Shown piece after piece: positions 38,234-46,945 of a stretch of DNA of 54,549 bases. How positions within the stretch are numbered: position 1 is the stretch's first letter; each line of letters begins with the position of its first letter. A program made the translations under genes and the position numbers. Source of the DNA: an uncultured Bacilli bacterium (GTDB lineage: Bacteria > Bacillota_I > Bacilli_A > RF39 > UBA660); NCBI GenBank assembly GCA_951800155.1, contig CATOJL010000001.1, positions 1 through 54,549 on the forward strand. The letters are read 5' to 3'. The notes beneath the pieces are model-generated. The model did no database searches. It had not been told where the DNA came from and saw only the letters and a list, made by a program, of their open reading frames with translations.

Positions 38234-39307
38234 TTACATATAGTTGTTTTCATCTAAAGCAAACAAGCACTCACTAACTGCTTGACCTCTACCAAATATG
38301 AATAGAATCTTTGAGAAGATATCTATAAACATATCCTCGCAATTATGTTCTTTCATAACACCTACATACTCATCCCATTTCGTAGGATCTTTCTTAGCTC
38401 GACCTTTACGAATAAAATCAAACATTTCTAAGGCCATATCTTTATCAATAGAGTGATCTAGCAGATACTCCAGTATATCTTCACGAGTAGCTATAAGATT
38501 ATCAAGAGTGATTTTTCCATCAGCTACTAAAGCATCTTGATTATAACTCCATACATCAGTACCATGTCCTATGCTTTTTACTTTGACATAATCCTTTATG
38601 GTCTTAGGTTGCAATATCTCCGCAATTTTTTTCTCAAGCTCATTAGTAAGTACATTTTCTAAACCTTTAACCTTATACTCACTTATAGGTTGCTTTTCAT
38701 CAATCCTAATGGTTAAAAATTCATCTTTATATTTTCTATAATCATCAACTGTCTCGAGTATTAGCTCTTCATTTAATCTAAGTGAAATATCTTTAAGCAT
38801 AGGGCAATTTCTACTATCCTTATACCCCAAAAATGGAATTAGTAAATAATGGTTATCTTCAAAAGCATTTACTTCTTCTATATCTTCCTTTTCGTGTGTA
38901 CCATAAACAAATCTAACTTTATCACAATAATTACTACCTACATATATTAGAAAATCAAGTGGAATAGCATGAATTAAATCCATACAAATATTGCTTTCGT
39001 TAAATAATTCATAAGGTAAATTATACTTTATAGGATCTACATCAGTTATACCTAATACATGTAATAACAACAAATTATTAATTGTACCTCTAAAGTGATA
39101 TGAAATAGGAAAATCAGATCTATATTCCTTATATTTGTAAAATATCTCAATAAGAAATAACAAACCCTTATCATATAGAAGATCAAGTTCTTTGTTACAT
39201 CTTCTAAATAAATCTAAGTTCTTATATTTAAGAAAGAATTTTTCCTTAAGTTCATCAAACAAATATATCTTTGCATTCATATTTAAATGCTCATACTTCT
39301 CTAGCAT
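38234..39307 (-). CDS. Miniaturised PolC-type DNA polymerase III alpha-like protein with degenerate active site
   Basis: Two blocks match PolC as I recall it: FRGTINNLLLLHVLGITDVDPI..LPYELF (palm entry) and KSIGHGTDVW...ATREDILEYLL...MFDFIRKGRAKK...FIFGRGQAVSE (thumb/fingers). Only 357 aa. The catalytic PDIDL position reads CMDLI. Confidence 0.5.
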   Translation of the reverse strand: MLEKYEHLNMNAKIYLFDELKEKFFLKYKNLDLFRRCNKELDLLYDKGLLFLIEIFYKYKEYRSDFPISYHFRGTINNLLLLHVLGITDVDPIKYNLPYELFNESNICMDLIHAIPLDFLIYVGSNYCDKVRFVYGTHEKEDIEEVNAFEDNHYLLIPFLGYKDSRNCPMLKDISLRLNEELILETVDDYRKYKDEFLTIRIDEKQPISEYKVKGLENVLTNELEKKIAEILQPKTIKDYVKVKSIGHGTDVWSYNQDALVADGKITLDNLIATREDILEYLLDHSIDKDMALEMFDFIRKGRAKKDPTKWDEYVGVMKEHNCEDMFIDIFSKILFIFGRGQAVSECLFALDENNYM

Positions 39308-39332
39308 ATCCTTAGTCTTTGTATTTTACCTT

Positions 39333-40307
39333 TTATATAATCCAACATCCATGTAAATAATCCTCTACATTGATATCAGAAACATTAACAGTAGGAGAAT
39401 ATAAAAATAATGAATAAACCTTATCACCCTTAACAACGATAATATCATCAGAATCACCAATTAAACCTATATCGTCAACATCCATGAAACGTGAATAGTC
39501 AATTGCACCAAAATTAAAATCTCCATAATACTTAACTGTCTTTTCATGTGTTAAAGCTGCAATACCAAACTCGGTAAAAACAATCTTCTTATAATGGTAG
39601 TTGTTATCGTTTATAAAATCATGTCCACATCTTCCTTTTTCCGTTAGGCAAGTGATAGTCCTATCAGCACCAATAGCACATATAGTTCGGATATCAATAA
39701 GAGTAATATATTTAACATCATCAAGTATCTTCTTACCATTTACAAAAGCAGTACCATCCTTTAATAATACGACAACCTCTTGATAGCAAGAAACCGCTAT
39801 ATCATCAACCATATCAACTGGAATATCATTAAGATAATCTGTATACTTTGCTATTACATTATATTGTTCCTCAAGATCCATACTGCTATGAAACTCATCC
39901 ATATCTATACCGAAGGTGGTATGATTATAATTTTGTAATGCATAAATACAGAACACCTTGTCTCCACTAATCTCATCTAGAAAAGGTAAATCCTCATCAA
40001 ATGCATCATCTACCACAGAAACATTACCTGCAATCCTGTACTTTAACCCAAACTTAATATCTTGTACTAAGGTTTGAAAATCTGCATTTCTATTACCAGC
40101 TAATAAAGCAGACATTTCTCCACTATCATCCAATATCCCTAAAAGAACAAACATAGCATCATCTAATTCATAAATCTTTTTAGATACCACATTAACATCA
40201 AGAGTAACATTTTTAACTCTTCCAATAAAACTATCAACCTTAGATATAAAAGAATCATGTGGAATTTTAGTCTCTATCTTCCTAAAGTTAATCTTCTTTG
40301 TCACCAC
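39333..40307 (-). CDS. Hypothetical protein: N-terminal OB-fold-like (PolC OB-like) domain plus C-terminal RCC1-like repeats
   Basis: FVLLGILDDSGEMSALLAGNRN..DIKFGLKYRIAGNVSVVDDAFDEDL resembles the PolC/DnaE OB domain. Four blade-like repeats (IAVSCYQEVVVLLKDGT, ICAIGADRTITCLTEKG, FGIAALTHEKTVKYYG, IGLIGDSDDIIVVKGDK). Confidence 0.3.
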   Translation of the reverse strand: MVTKKINFRKIETKIPHDSFISKVDSFIGRVKNVTLDVNVVSKKIYELDDAMFVLLGILDDSGEMSALLAGNRNADFQTLVQDIKFGLKYRIAGNVSVVDDAFDEDLPFLDEISGDKVFCIYALQNYNHTTFGIDMDEFHSSMDLEEQYNVIAKYTDYLNDIPVDMVDDIAVSCYQEVVVLLKDGTAFVNGKKILDDVKYITLIDIRTICAIGADRTITCLTEKGRCGHDFINDNNYHYKKIVFTEFGIAALTHEKTVKYYGDFNFGAIDYSRFMDVDDIGLIGDSDDIIVVKGDKVYSLFLYSPTVNVSDINVEDYLHGCWII

Positions 40308-40405
40308 ATCAATAACCTCCTTAATTATACTTAAACTATACCATAAATAATCACTAATTGTATCACATAGTTATAGAATAGCAATTGCAACTCTCGTAGA
40401 AAACA

Positions 40406-40876
40406 CTACTTATTCTTACCATTACGTTTTAGTTGATTATACATTGCTCTTTCTTTTGGACTTGCATTAAACATAGCATGATCATCCAAAATCTCTTGTG
40501 CATTTGGATTTTCTATTAATGCTACTCCATAAAAGAAACCAAAGACTCCACCAACAATTGCAAAAATAATTGGAATAGGACCTTCGCCCATGAACATTAG
40601 AGAACCTAAACCGTAACCCATAGATCCAAGAATTGCTCCCATAACAATCCCAGATACTAAACTTTTTATACTTACACCAATTCCAGCTCTATTAGTATTT
40701 GGATTTTCCTTAACATTATTATAACCACAATTCTTACATAAAATGTTGTTAAAACTTTTTCCACACTCAGGGCAAAAATGCTCAATTGAATATTCAGTTT
40801 CATATCCACAATGAACACACTTAGTTGATTTATCGCTAATTTCTTTTCCACAACTTCCACATTTAATTAACGCCAT
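40406..40876 (-). CDS. Zinc-ribbon membrane protein (double CxxC pairs plus glycine-zipper TM helices)
   Basis: MALIKCGSCGKEISDKSTKCVHCG, then CPECG...CKNCG, then Gly-rich TM segments. Confidence 0.6.
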   Translation of the reverse strand: MALIKCGSCGKEISDKSTKCVHCGYETEYSIEHFCPECGKSFNNILCKNCGYNNVKENPNTNRAGIGVSIKSLVSGIVMGAILGSMGYGLGSLMFMGEGPIPIIFAIVGGVFGFFYGVALIENPNAQEILDDHAMFNASPKERAMYNQLKRNGKNK

Positions 40877-40903
40877 AAATTTACTTCCTTTCTTACACTC
40901 AAA

Positions 40904-41431
40904 TTAATTAGTCTTTGCATAATCTTGATATGTGCCACCTGTATCATCACAACGTAAAATTGTATCTGAATCTTTTAAAGAACAATTATATTGTATACTG
41001 CCATAACTATAAATTTTTACATCTGATCCATATTTCTCATAAGTATATGCACGAGGATCCGCACAAGCATTAGTTTTAATATTACATAGTTGGTAAACTA
41101 CTTGGCCATCATCCTTAAATTTAAAAGTTTCTCTCATTGCATCACCGAAAACATTTTCATACTTAGGTGCTGAGTATTCAGCGTTTAATGTACTAGAAGA
41201 TAATTTGCCTTTATGTGTAGAATTAGTAAAAAGAGGAATAACCAAAATTATAAAAAACAAAATGAATACACTTAAAAAAATAAAAATACCATGCTTATTA
41301 TGCCTTTTCAATCTATTATTAACTTTACCATTACTTGGAAGTGAAACAGAAGTAGGTGCACCACAATGAATACATATGTCAGTTGTATCGCTAATTTCTT
41401 TTCCACACTCAACACATTTAATTAATGCCAT
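40904..41431 (-). CDS. Zinc-ribbon membrane-anchored protein (paralogous N-terminus to 40406..40876)
   Basis: Start moved to ATG 41431 (MALIKCVECGKEISDTTDICIHCG), matching the paralogue. One TM helix, then a Cys-containing extracytoplasmic domain. Confidence 0.6.
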   Translation of the reverse strand: MALIKCVECGKEISDTTDICIHCGAPTSVSLPSNGKVNNRLKRHNKHGIFIFLSVFILFFIILVIPLFTNSTHKGKLSSSTLNAEYSAPKYENVFGDAMRETFKFKDDGQVVYQLCNIKTNACADPRAYTYEKYGSDVKIYSYGSIQYNCSLKDSDTILRCDDTGGTYQDYAKTN

Positions 41432-41484
41432 TAAATCACCATTTTTTCCTTTCTTTATAAAACAATAAAAATATTCATTACCTA

Positions 41485-41736
41485 TTAATTGTTCCAAACT
41501 AATTTTTCAACAAATAGAACAACTAATACGATCTCAAAAGTAAATAACAATATCACAATATTATTACCAAAACCAGCAGATGTTGATGTTAAAGCTAGAT
41601 CATATGGAATTTGGGTAGCTTTGCAAATAGTATCTGTAATAGCCCTATTATATGGTGAAAACAGAATAGATGAACAAACAATTAATATATTTTCACATAT
41701 TATTAGTGTTCTATTTTCAAAACAACCTATAAACAT
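41485..41736 (-). CDS. Small hydrophobic protein, first gene of the operon
   Basis: Preferred over the overlapping plus-strand ORF because of its RBS (aaaggag, 9-nt spacing), two hydrophobic segments and co-orientation with the downstream genes. Confidence 0.35.
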   Translation of the reverse strand: MFIGCFENRTLIICENILIVCSSILFSPYNRAITDTICKATQIPYDLALTSTSAGFGNNIVILLFTFEIVLVVLFVEKLVWNN

Positions 41737-41884
41737 AAAAATTTAACTCCTTTCTATTCAATGATAAGTTTTTCTTCTAAAGAAAGTATTATCACATTCA
41801 TTATACCACAAAAGTAACATTTGAAGATACCATCATTTCAAAACATACATGAGAAAATAATATTATGTAAGGTGGAGGTGTAAT

Positions 41885-42190
41885 ATGGGCAGAAATAATC
41901 ATTCATATACAGATGAACAGATAATAGATTATCAAGAAATTAAAAAAAATTTATGCCAAAATATGCGTATTGCACAAAAGCTTGCTAAAATAAAAGTAAA
42001 AGATGCAGCACCAGCACTTGGCATAGAACCAGAATCATTAAAAAGAATAGAAGCTCCGAGTTCAAAAATAGGTCCATCACTGGAAGTATTATGTGGTGCA
42101 ATTGAATTATATAATCAAAGTCCAAACTTCTATTGGATAGATTGGGAAGAAAACCAAAAGTTATTAGAAAGCAAAAAGGAAGAGACCTAA
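41885..42190 (+). CDS. XRE-like HTH regulator, divergent from the operon
   Basis: RBS ggtggagg. MRIAQKLAKIKVKDAAPALGIEPESLKRIEAP...LEVLCGAIELYNQSP follows the HTH_3 pattern. Confidence 0.5.
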   Translation: MGRNNHSYTDEQIIDYQEIKKNLCQNMRIAQKLAKIKVKDAAPALGIEPESLKRIEAPSSKIGPSLEVLCGAIELYNQSPNFYWIDWEENQKLLESKKEET

Positions 42191-42414
42191 CTCTTCCTTT
42201 TAAAGTATGCAATATACATTGTTTTTGAATCATCTATTGAATTTAACTCTTCCAAAGAGTATCCAGCAATATGAATCAAATAATCCATTATTTCAAACTC
42301 TTTAATATTGTCTTTCTTGTTCTTGAAAGTTATTTCAATTTTCTCCGGAAAATTATAAGATAACTTCTCTTTTATCATATCAAGATTAGGATTATGTAGT
42401 AACAACTTATTCAA
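42187..42414 (-). CDS. Hypothetical protein (75 aa)
   Basis: ORF only. Co-oriented with 42500..43234 and 85 bp downstream of it. No motif. Confidence 0.35.
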   Translation of the reverse strand: MNKLLLHNPNLDMIKEKLSYNFPEKIEITFKNKKDNIKEFEIMDYLIHIAGYSLEELNSIDDSKTMYIAYFKRKS

Positions 42415-42499
42415 TCAGATCACCATCCACTTGTATATTAGCATGTTTAAAAAAATTACACAGTCTATATTAAGACAATGTAATAAGGATTGTCAAACA

Positions 42500-43234
42500 T
42501 CAATAAAAATACTTCAAGTATCTCTTCTTAGAATAGTAACTCTTGATCAGTTTGTCATAATCAGCAATACAGGAATCAATATACTTCTTCTTAAAATCAT
42601 CAACAGATTTCTTTCTTCTAGTAAGATCCATATCATTATACTTTTCTAAACGACAATCCATATTCTCGAACAATCTCATTACAGGTCCTCGACCTCTTTG
42701 ACAAAATGCTATATCAGACATCAGAACTAATATCTTCTTGCTTTCTTCTAAACTGTACTCCTCAACATTCTTCAATGGAACTTGAATATCATTTAGAACA
42801 TCTTTAATAAAATCAACATACTTAGCATTACTAATAAAACCACTAATAATCAGCTTGTTAAGTAGTTCCTCAAAAGTAGCATCATCTAGCTTGTAGAAAA
42901 AAACTCGTAATTTACTACTTTTATAACTTAACAGGTTAGTTAGTTCTAACTCGCCACACTCTATAACATAATCTATACAGGTAGATAAAGAAACAATATT
43001 ATAGAAGTATAACTTCGCATATCGTATAAACTCATTCATAATGTTTAGAAATTGCTTAGCAGTAATACCATCATCTTTAGCATATACATCAAAAGAAAAA
43101 GTTCGTTCATCAATCCTAGAAATCTCTTCACTTAATCTCTTACGACGAATAAGATCATACAACATCATGTCATAAGTGGATCCCTCGTTAAGTATAATAT
43201 ACTTCAACAACTCAATCTTAGTTTCAGTTTTCAA
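42500..43234 (-). CDS. Hypothetical protein (244 aa)
   Basis: A long ORF with protein-like composition. No recognisable motif. Confidence 0.5.
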   Translation of the reverse strand: MKTETKIELLKYIILNEGSTYDMMLYDLIRRKRLSEEISRIDERTFSFDVYAKDDGITAKQFLNIMNEFIRYAKLYFYNIVSLSTCIDYVIECGELELTNLLSYKSSKLRVFFYKLDDATFEELLNKLIISGFISNAKYVDFIKDVLNDIQVPLKNVEEYSLEESKKILVLMSDIAFCQRGRGPVMRLFENMDCRLEKYNDMDLTRRKKSVDDFKKKYIDSCIADYDKLIKSYYSKKRYLKYFY

Positions 43235-43389
43235 TTAATCACCACCATTCGCTTATTGTTTTATAACGTAAGTTGGTGATAATTACAGCACTTAATTAAA
43301 AAAAATCATATAAACTATTAAGAATCTCTCTTAAATATGTTATAATATAAATTGTTAGAGACACAAAATTATTTGTTAAGGAGGATAAT

Positions 43390-44097
43390 ATGGAAGTAAG
43401 AGAATTTGAAAATATTATGAAAAATGATTTGAAAGAAGTTTATAATGAAATCCTAAAAAACCACAATTATAAATTACCAATTAGTGCTAAATCTAGAAGT
43501 GGTGCAGAAATAAGTGATTATTTAGAAGATGGATTTGTTGAATATTTTCAAACTCATTCACATGATAGAATTTACAATCCAAAAGGTTCCCCAAAAGGAC
43601 ATACTAAAAATCCATATGATTTTTGTTTTAATTATAAAAATCCGGAATTTAATTTTGATGATTTAATTTGGGGCGATATAAAAGCAACAAAAAATTCATA
43701 CCAAGATAGTAATCCTGACTTGGGAACTCCAACTAAAATGATAAAATTCATGAAAGATGGTCACTTTTATTTAGTTTTTGTGTTTGTAGAATATGATGCT
43801 TCAGAAGATGGTGGTACTATCTTTATCCCCTATGAAGATGGAGAATATGTTCATGTAATGTTTTTAAAAGATATTAGTAGCACAGTGAGAATTAATCCAA
43901 AACCTCAATTCCAAGTTAATATTCATGCTCCAGAAGAATATAGAACAAAAGAAGAGTTTTTAGATTTATTCCTAAAAAAATATAAAGAATCAAATGAGCG
44001 AATTATTAAAATTCAAATGAGAAAAAAAGAAGAACTAGATAAAATATTCGAAGAATTAAAAAAAATACAATTAAGTAAAAAAGATGATGAAGAATAA
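43390..44097 (+). CDS. Putative Type II restriction endonuclease (PD-(D/E)XK-like)
   Basis: RBS aaggagg. NPYDF ... WGDIKATK fits PD...(D/E)xK. Convergent with, and 10 bp from, the NPPY methyltransferase gene. Confidence 0.45.
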   Translation: MEVREFENIMKNDLKEVYNEILKNHNYKLPISAKSRSGAEISDYLEDGFVEYFQTHSHDRIYNPKGSPKGHTKNPYDFCFNYKNPEFNFDDLIWGDIKATKNSYQDSNPDLGTPTKMIKFMKDGHFYLVFVFVEYDASEDGGTIFIPYEDGEYVHVMFLKDISSTVRINPKPQFQVNIHAPEEYRTKEEFLDLFLKKYKESNERIIKIQMRKKEELDKIFEELKKIQLSKKDDEE

Positions 44098-44119
44098 TTA
44101 TTTTTCATCATCTTTTTTT
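44083..44119. terminator. Bidirectional terminator shared by the convergent R and M genes
   Basis: 9-bp stem gatgatgaa/ttcatcatc with T-runs on both strands. It overlaps both stop codons. Confidence 0.65.
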
Positions 44120-46099
44120 AAAAAAACTGTTTATATAATTTATTTCTTCTTTGTTAATTCCATATATTTTATATATAGTTTCGTTTAACATATTATAATA
44201 TTCATCATAACAATTATCATTTATTAATAAAGAATCAACTATATTAATTATATTTTGATATTCAGAATTATTTACTGCTATTTTTATTCGTTTCAAATCC
44301 AAAGTCTTTATCTGTGGAGTCTTTCCATTACCTCTTCTTATGATATTATTAATTCGTGAATAAAAAGTAATCAAATCCGAATTTAATATTCCACAAACAT
44401 ATTTCAGCATAAAAATGCTTTCTTTACTATTATTTTTATCACTTAGTATATATAAACTATTATTAGCTGCATATGGTTTATCAGTATAAGTAGCTATTAT
44501 ATCATTAGCGCTTTGTCTAATAAATAATTTAGGCGATAGATAAGCTTCTTTATCTCCTAAAGTAACTCTTTTCTTATTTTTAACACCAATTTTTTCTAAT
44601 TCTTCTTTAAACTGATTTGAAATATCTAGCTGTAACTGATAATTATATTCAATATATTTGCTAGTATTAAGTAATCCAAATTTTTTTGATAAACCTTTTG
44701 AGCCCTCTAAAAATGGAAAAACTAGGTTATTTGTTTTCTTATTTTTATTAACTATAAACTCTTCAGTTTTTCCTGTTAAAGCACAACAGGTTCTTAAACA
44801 TTTATTAGGATAATATTTTTCAAGTGAATCAAATTTATTCACTTTATCATTTATATTTCTCTCTATATCAGAAAGAGGAACATATATCTTATATTGATTA
44901 TTATCATTATACCATATTGACTGATCAATACTAATCTTGGTATTTTCTTTATAATCATGCCAAATAGTTAACCCATGATTTTTGCTTTTAACTAATGAAA
45001 TAACCATTTGTCCACTTGCAACATTTTCAAACTCGTTCATATTAGTAGTTATAGATTCAATATAACAATTTTCTAGTAAATACTTTCTAATGTCAATAAA
45101 CGCCGTTTCAAAAAAGGAAATATCTAATATAAAAATCAATTTGCCATTTTCTTTTAAAGACTTAATACCATTTTCCAAAAAAAACATTATCATATTAAAC
45201 TTATTGTTACCTTTTTTATTTATAACAAAATCAAAGGTATTAAATTGCTTTCTCTTTTCTTCAGTCATGTTTCTACTTCTTTTGCCATACATTGTAACAT
45301 ATGGCGGATTACTAATAACTAAATCAAATTTATTTACATTTTTATAATTGCAAAAATCTATATTACTAATATTTAATCTTGGCAATATAAAACTATTATT
45401 AGTATCATAAACAATTTTTATATAATCAATAGTAGACACTAAAATATTGGCTTCGGTTATTTTACAGGCAAATGAGTCTATATCGTTTGTATAGAAATTT
45501 GTAAATATATCCAATAAAGTTTTTTCAATCTCCTTAACATTATTAACATCTACCATATCTAACTTTCTTCTTATAATTTCAATTAAGAACACTCCAGATC
45601 CAGAACTTGGCTCTAATATTTTTTGATTATTATAATTATCTATTAAATTTACCATATAATTTACTACATCTTTAGAATGTGTATAGAATTGTCCATAATC
45701 TTTTCGATCTTTAGTGTTCAAAGAAGATTCATAAATATATCCTAAAATATCATCATCCCTATTATTTTTTGAAAAAAAATCTATGATTGCTAACGCATTT
45801 TCAGAATCATAATCAATGTCATCATTTAAAATGTATGGATAAACTTTTCTTAGAATGTCATCACCATTGTTTTTTTGTGTCCTCAATTTAGAGATTAAAA
45901 AACAATTTATAAGCAATATAAATTGCTCTTTTTTGTCTCGTATATTAATTTCTTGAGAAAAAGCTCTAATGTATTCATCTAATAAATTTTGAAATCTCAT
46001 GTCTATCACTTCTTTCTCAATTCTAATTTTCCCCATATAGTACGATAAAAATATATGATTATTATACCATAAATAGGTTGATCTTACAATTTTGTTCAA
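44108..46099 (-). CDS. N6-adenine DNA methyltransferase (Eco57I/TaqI-like gamma class) with C-terminal target-recognition domain
   Basis: QFYTHSKDVVNYMV, EPSSGSGVFL (motif I), LVISNPPYV (motif IV) and a TaqI_C-like LKYVCGILNSDLITFY. The real start is probably ATG 46036 or 46000. Confidence 0.8.
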   Translation of the reverse strand: MNKIVRSTYLWYNNHIFLSYYMGKIRIEKEVIDMRFQNLLDEYIRAFSQEINIRDKKEQFILLINCFLISKLRTQKNNGDDILRKVYPYILNDDIDYDSENALAIIDFFSKNNRDDDILGYIYESSLNTKDRKDYGQFYTHSKDVVNYMVNLIDNYNNQKILEPSSGSGVFLIEIIRRKLDMVDVNNVKEIEKTLLDIFTNFYTNDIDSFACKITEANILVSTIDYIKIVYDTNNSFILPRLNISNIDFCNYKNVNKFDLVISNPPYVTMYGKRSRNMTEEKRKQFNTFDFVINKKGNNKFNMIMFFLENGIKSLKENGKLIFILDISFFETAFIDIRKYLLENCYIESITTNMNEFENVASGQMVISLVKSKNHGLTIWHDYKENTKISIDQSIWYNDNNQYKIYVPLSDIERNINDKVNKFDSLEKYYPNKCLRTCCALTGKTEEFIVNKNKKTNNLVFPFLEGSKGLSKKFGLLNTSKYIEYNYQLQLDISNQFKEELEKIGVKNKKRVTLGDKEAYLSPKLFIRQSANDIIATYTDKPYAANNSLYILSDKNNSKESIFMLKYVCGILNSDLITFYSRINNIIRRGNGKTPQIKTLDLKRIKIAVNNSEYQNIINIVDSLLINDNCYDEYYNMLNETIYKIYGINKEEINYINSFFKKR

Positions 46100-46209
46100 A
46101 CTTTTGTCTTATTTTTCTTCATTATTGGCATTATAAATTATATTATAAAAAAAGAAAAACTATTTACTTCAAGTTTATATAGATAAAAACGAAGTATAAT
46201 TAGTTTGCA

Positions 46210-46644
46210 TTACTGACACATAGTAATTAATTTATCTACTGTATCATCCATACCATCCGCTTGAATCATTGCATCTAGTTTTCCAGTTTCACGCAACTCT
46301 TTAATTAATGCTATTACAGGATCTAGCAACTCAGATGGATGCTTAATATTATCTCCTTTATATACCAGTTCTACGACTTTAAAGAATAAGTCCTGATCGT
46401 TACTAATAAACTTAGTATCTCCATTGAATTTAATCATATATTTTGACTCAAAAACATCACTTAAATTTGGATTTTTATACTCGTTCATTAGTTTGTTAAG
46501 AGTTTCTACAGTTGCTTTCTTCAAAACAAACAATTTATGCTTATTATTGTCAAATACATACCCATCTTCACATATTGTAAGAGTATAAATTCCATCATCT
46601 ATCTCTTTTATAAGCATAATTAACCAATTCTCACATTTAGTCAT
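46210..46644 (-). CDS. Hypothetical protein (144 aa)
   Basis: ORF only, lying between the two methyltransferase genes. Confidence 0.45.
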   Translation of the reverse strand: MTKCENWLIMLIKEIDDGIYTLTICEDGYVFDNNKHKLFVLKKATVETLNKLMNEYKNPNLSDVFESKYMIKFNGDTKFISNDQDLFFKVVELVYKGDNIKHPSELLDPVIALIKELRETGKLDAMIQADGMDDTVDKLITMCQ

Positions 46645-46879
46645 ACATATCCTTTCAAATTATCGCTTATTTGCCAGTTTTTTGCCACTTGTAGCAATTA
46701 TTCTAGGCACCATAATATAAATCCCACACTTGAACAAGTTCAAGCTTTTTTAACACTCTTTTGCAAAATATCTAAAATCTAAATATTATCTATGTTGAAT
46801 ATCTTATCTAAATATACGACATATACGACGAAAATTTCTAAAAGCCACTCAAAAAAGACCTTTTTATACCTAGCAAGAT

Positions 46880-46907
46880 TTATCAATAATAGTTTTAATG
46901 ATATAAT
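46880..46907 (+). promoter_or_regulatory. Sigma-A-type promoter with extended -10 for the HsdM-S gene
   Basis: ttatca (46880-46885), 16-nt spacer, TGaTATAAT (-10 at 46902-46907), about 40 nt upstream of ATG 46946. A direct repeat atatacgac x2 lies at about 46813-46830. Confidence 0.5.
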
Positions 46908-46945
46908 AGAGATAACAACAAGTCCTTTAGAAAGGAGTTAATTGC

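Noticed and set aside
41489-41746. Plus-strand 85-aa ORF overlapping 41485..41736
   Set aside because: It has no RBS and would be transcribed head-on into the operon. The minus-strand frame has an RBS and hydrophobic helices. Neither call is strong.
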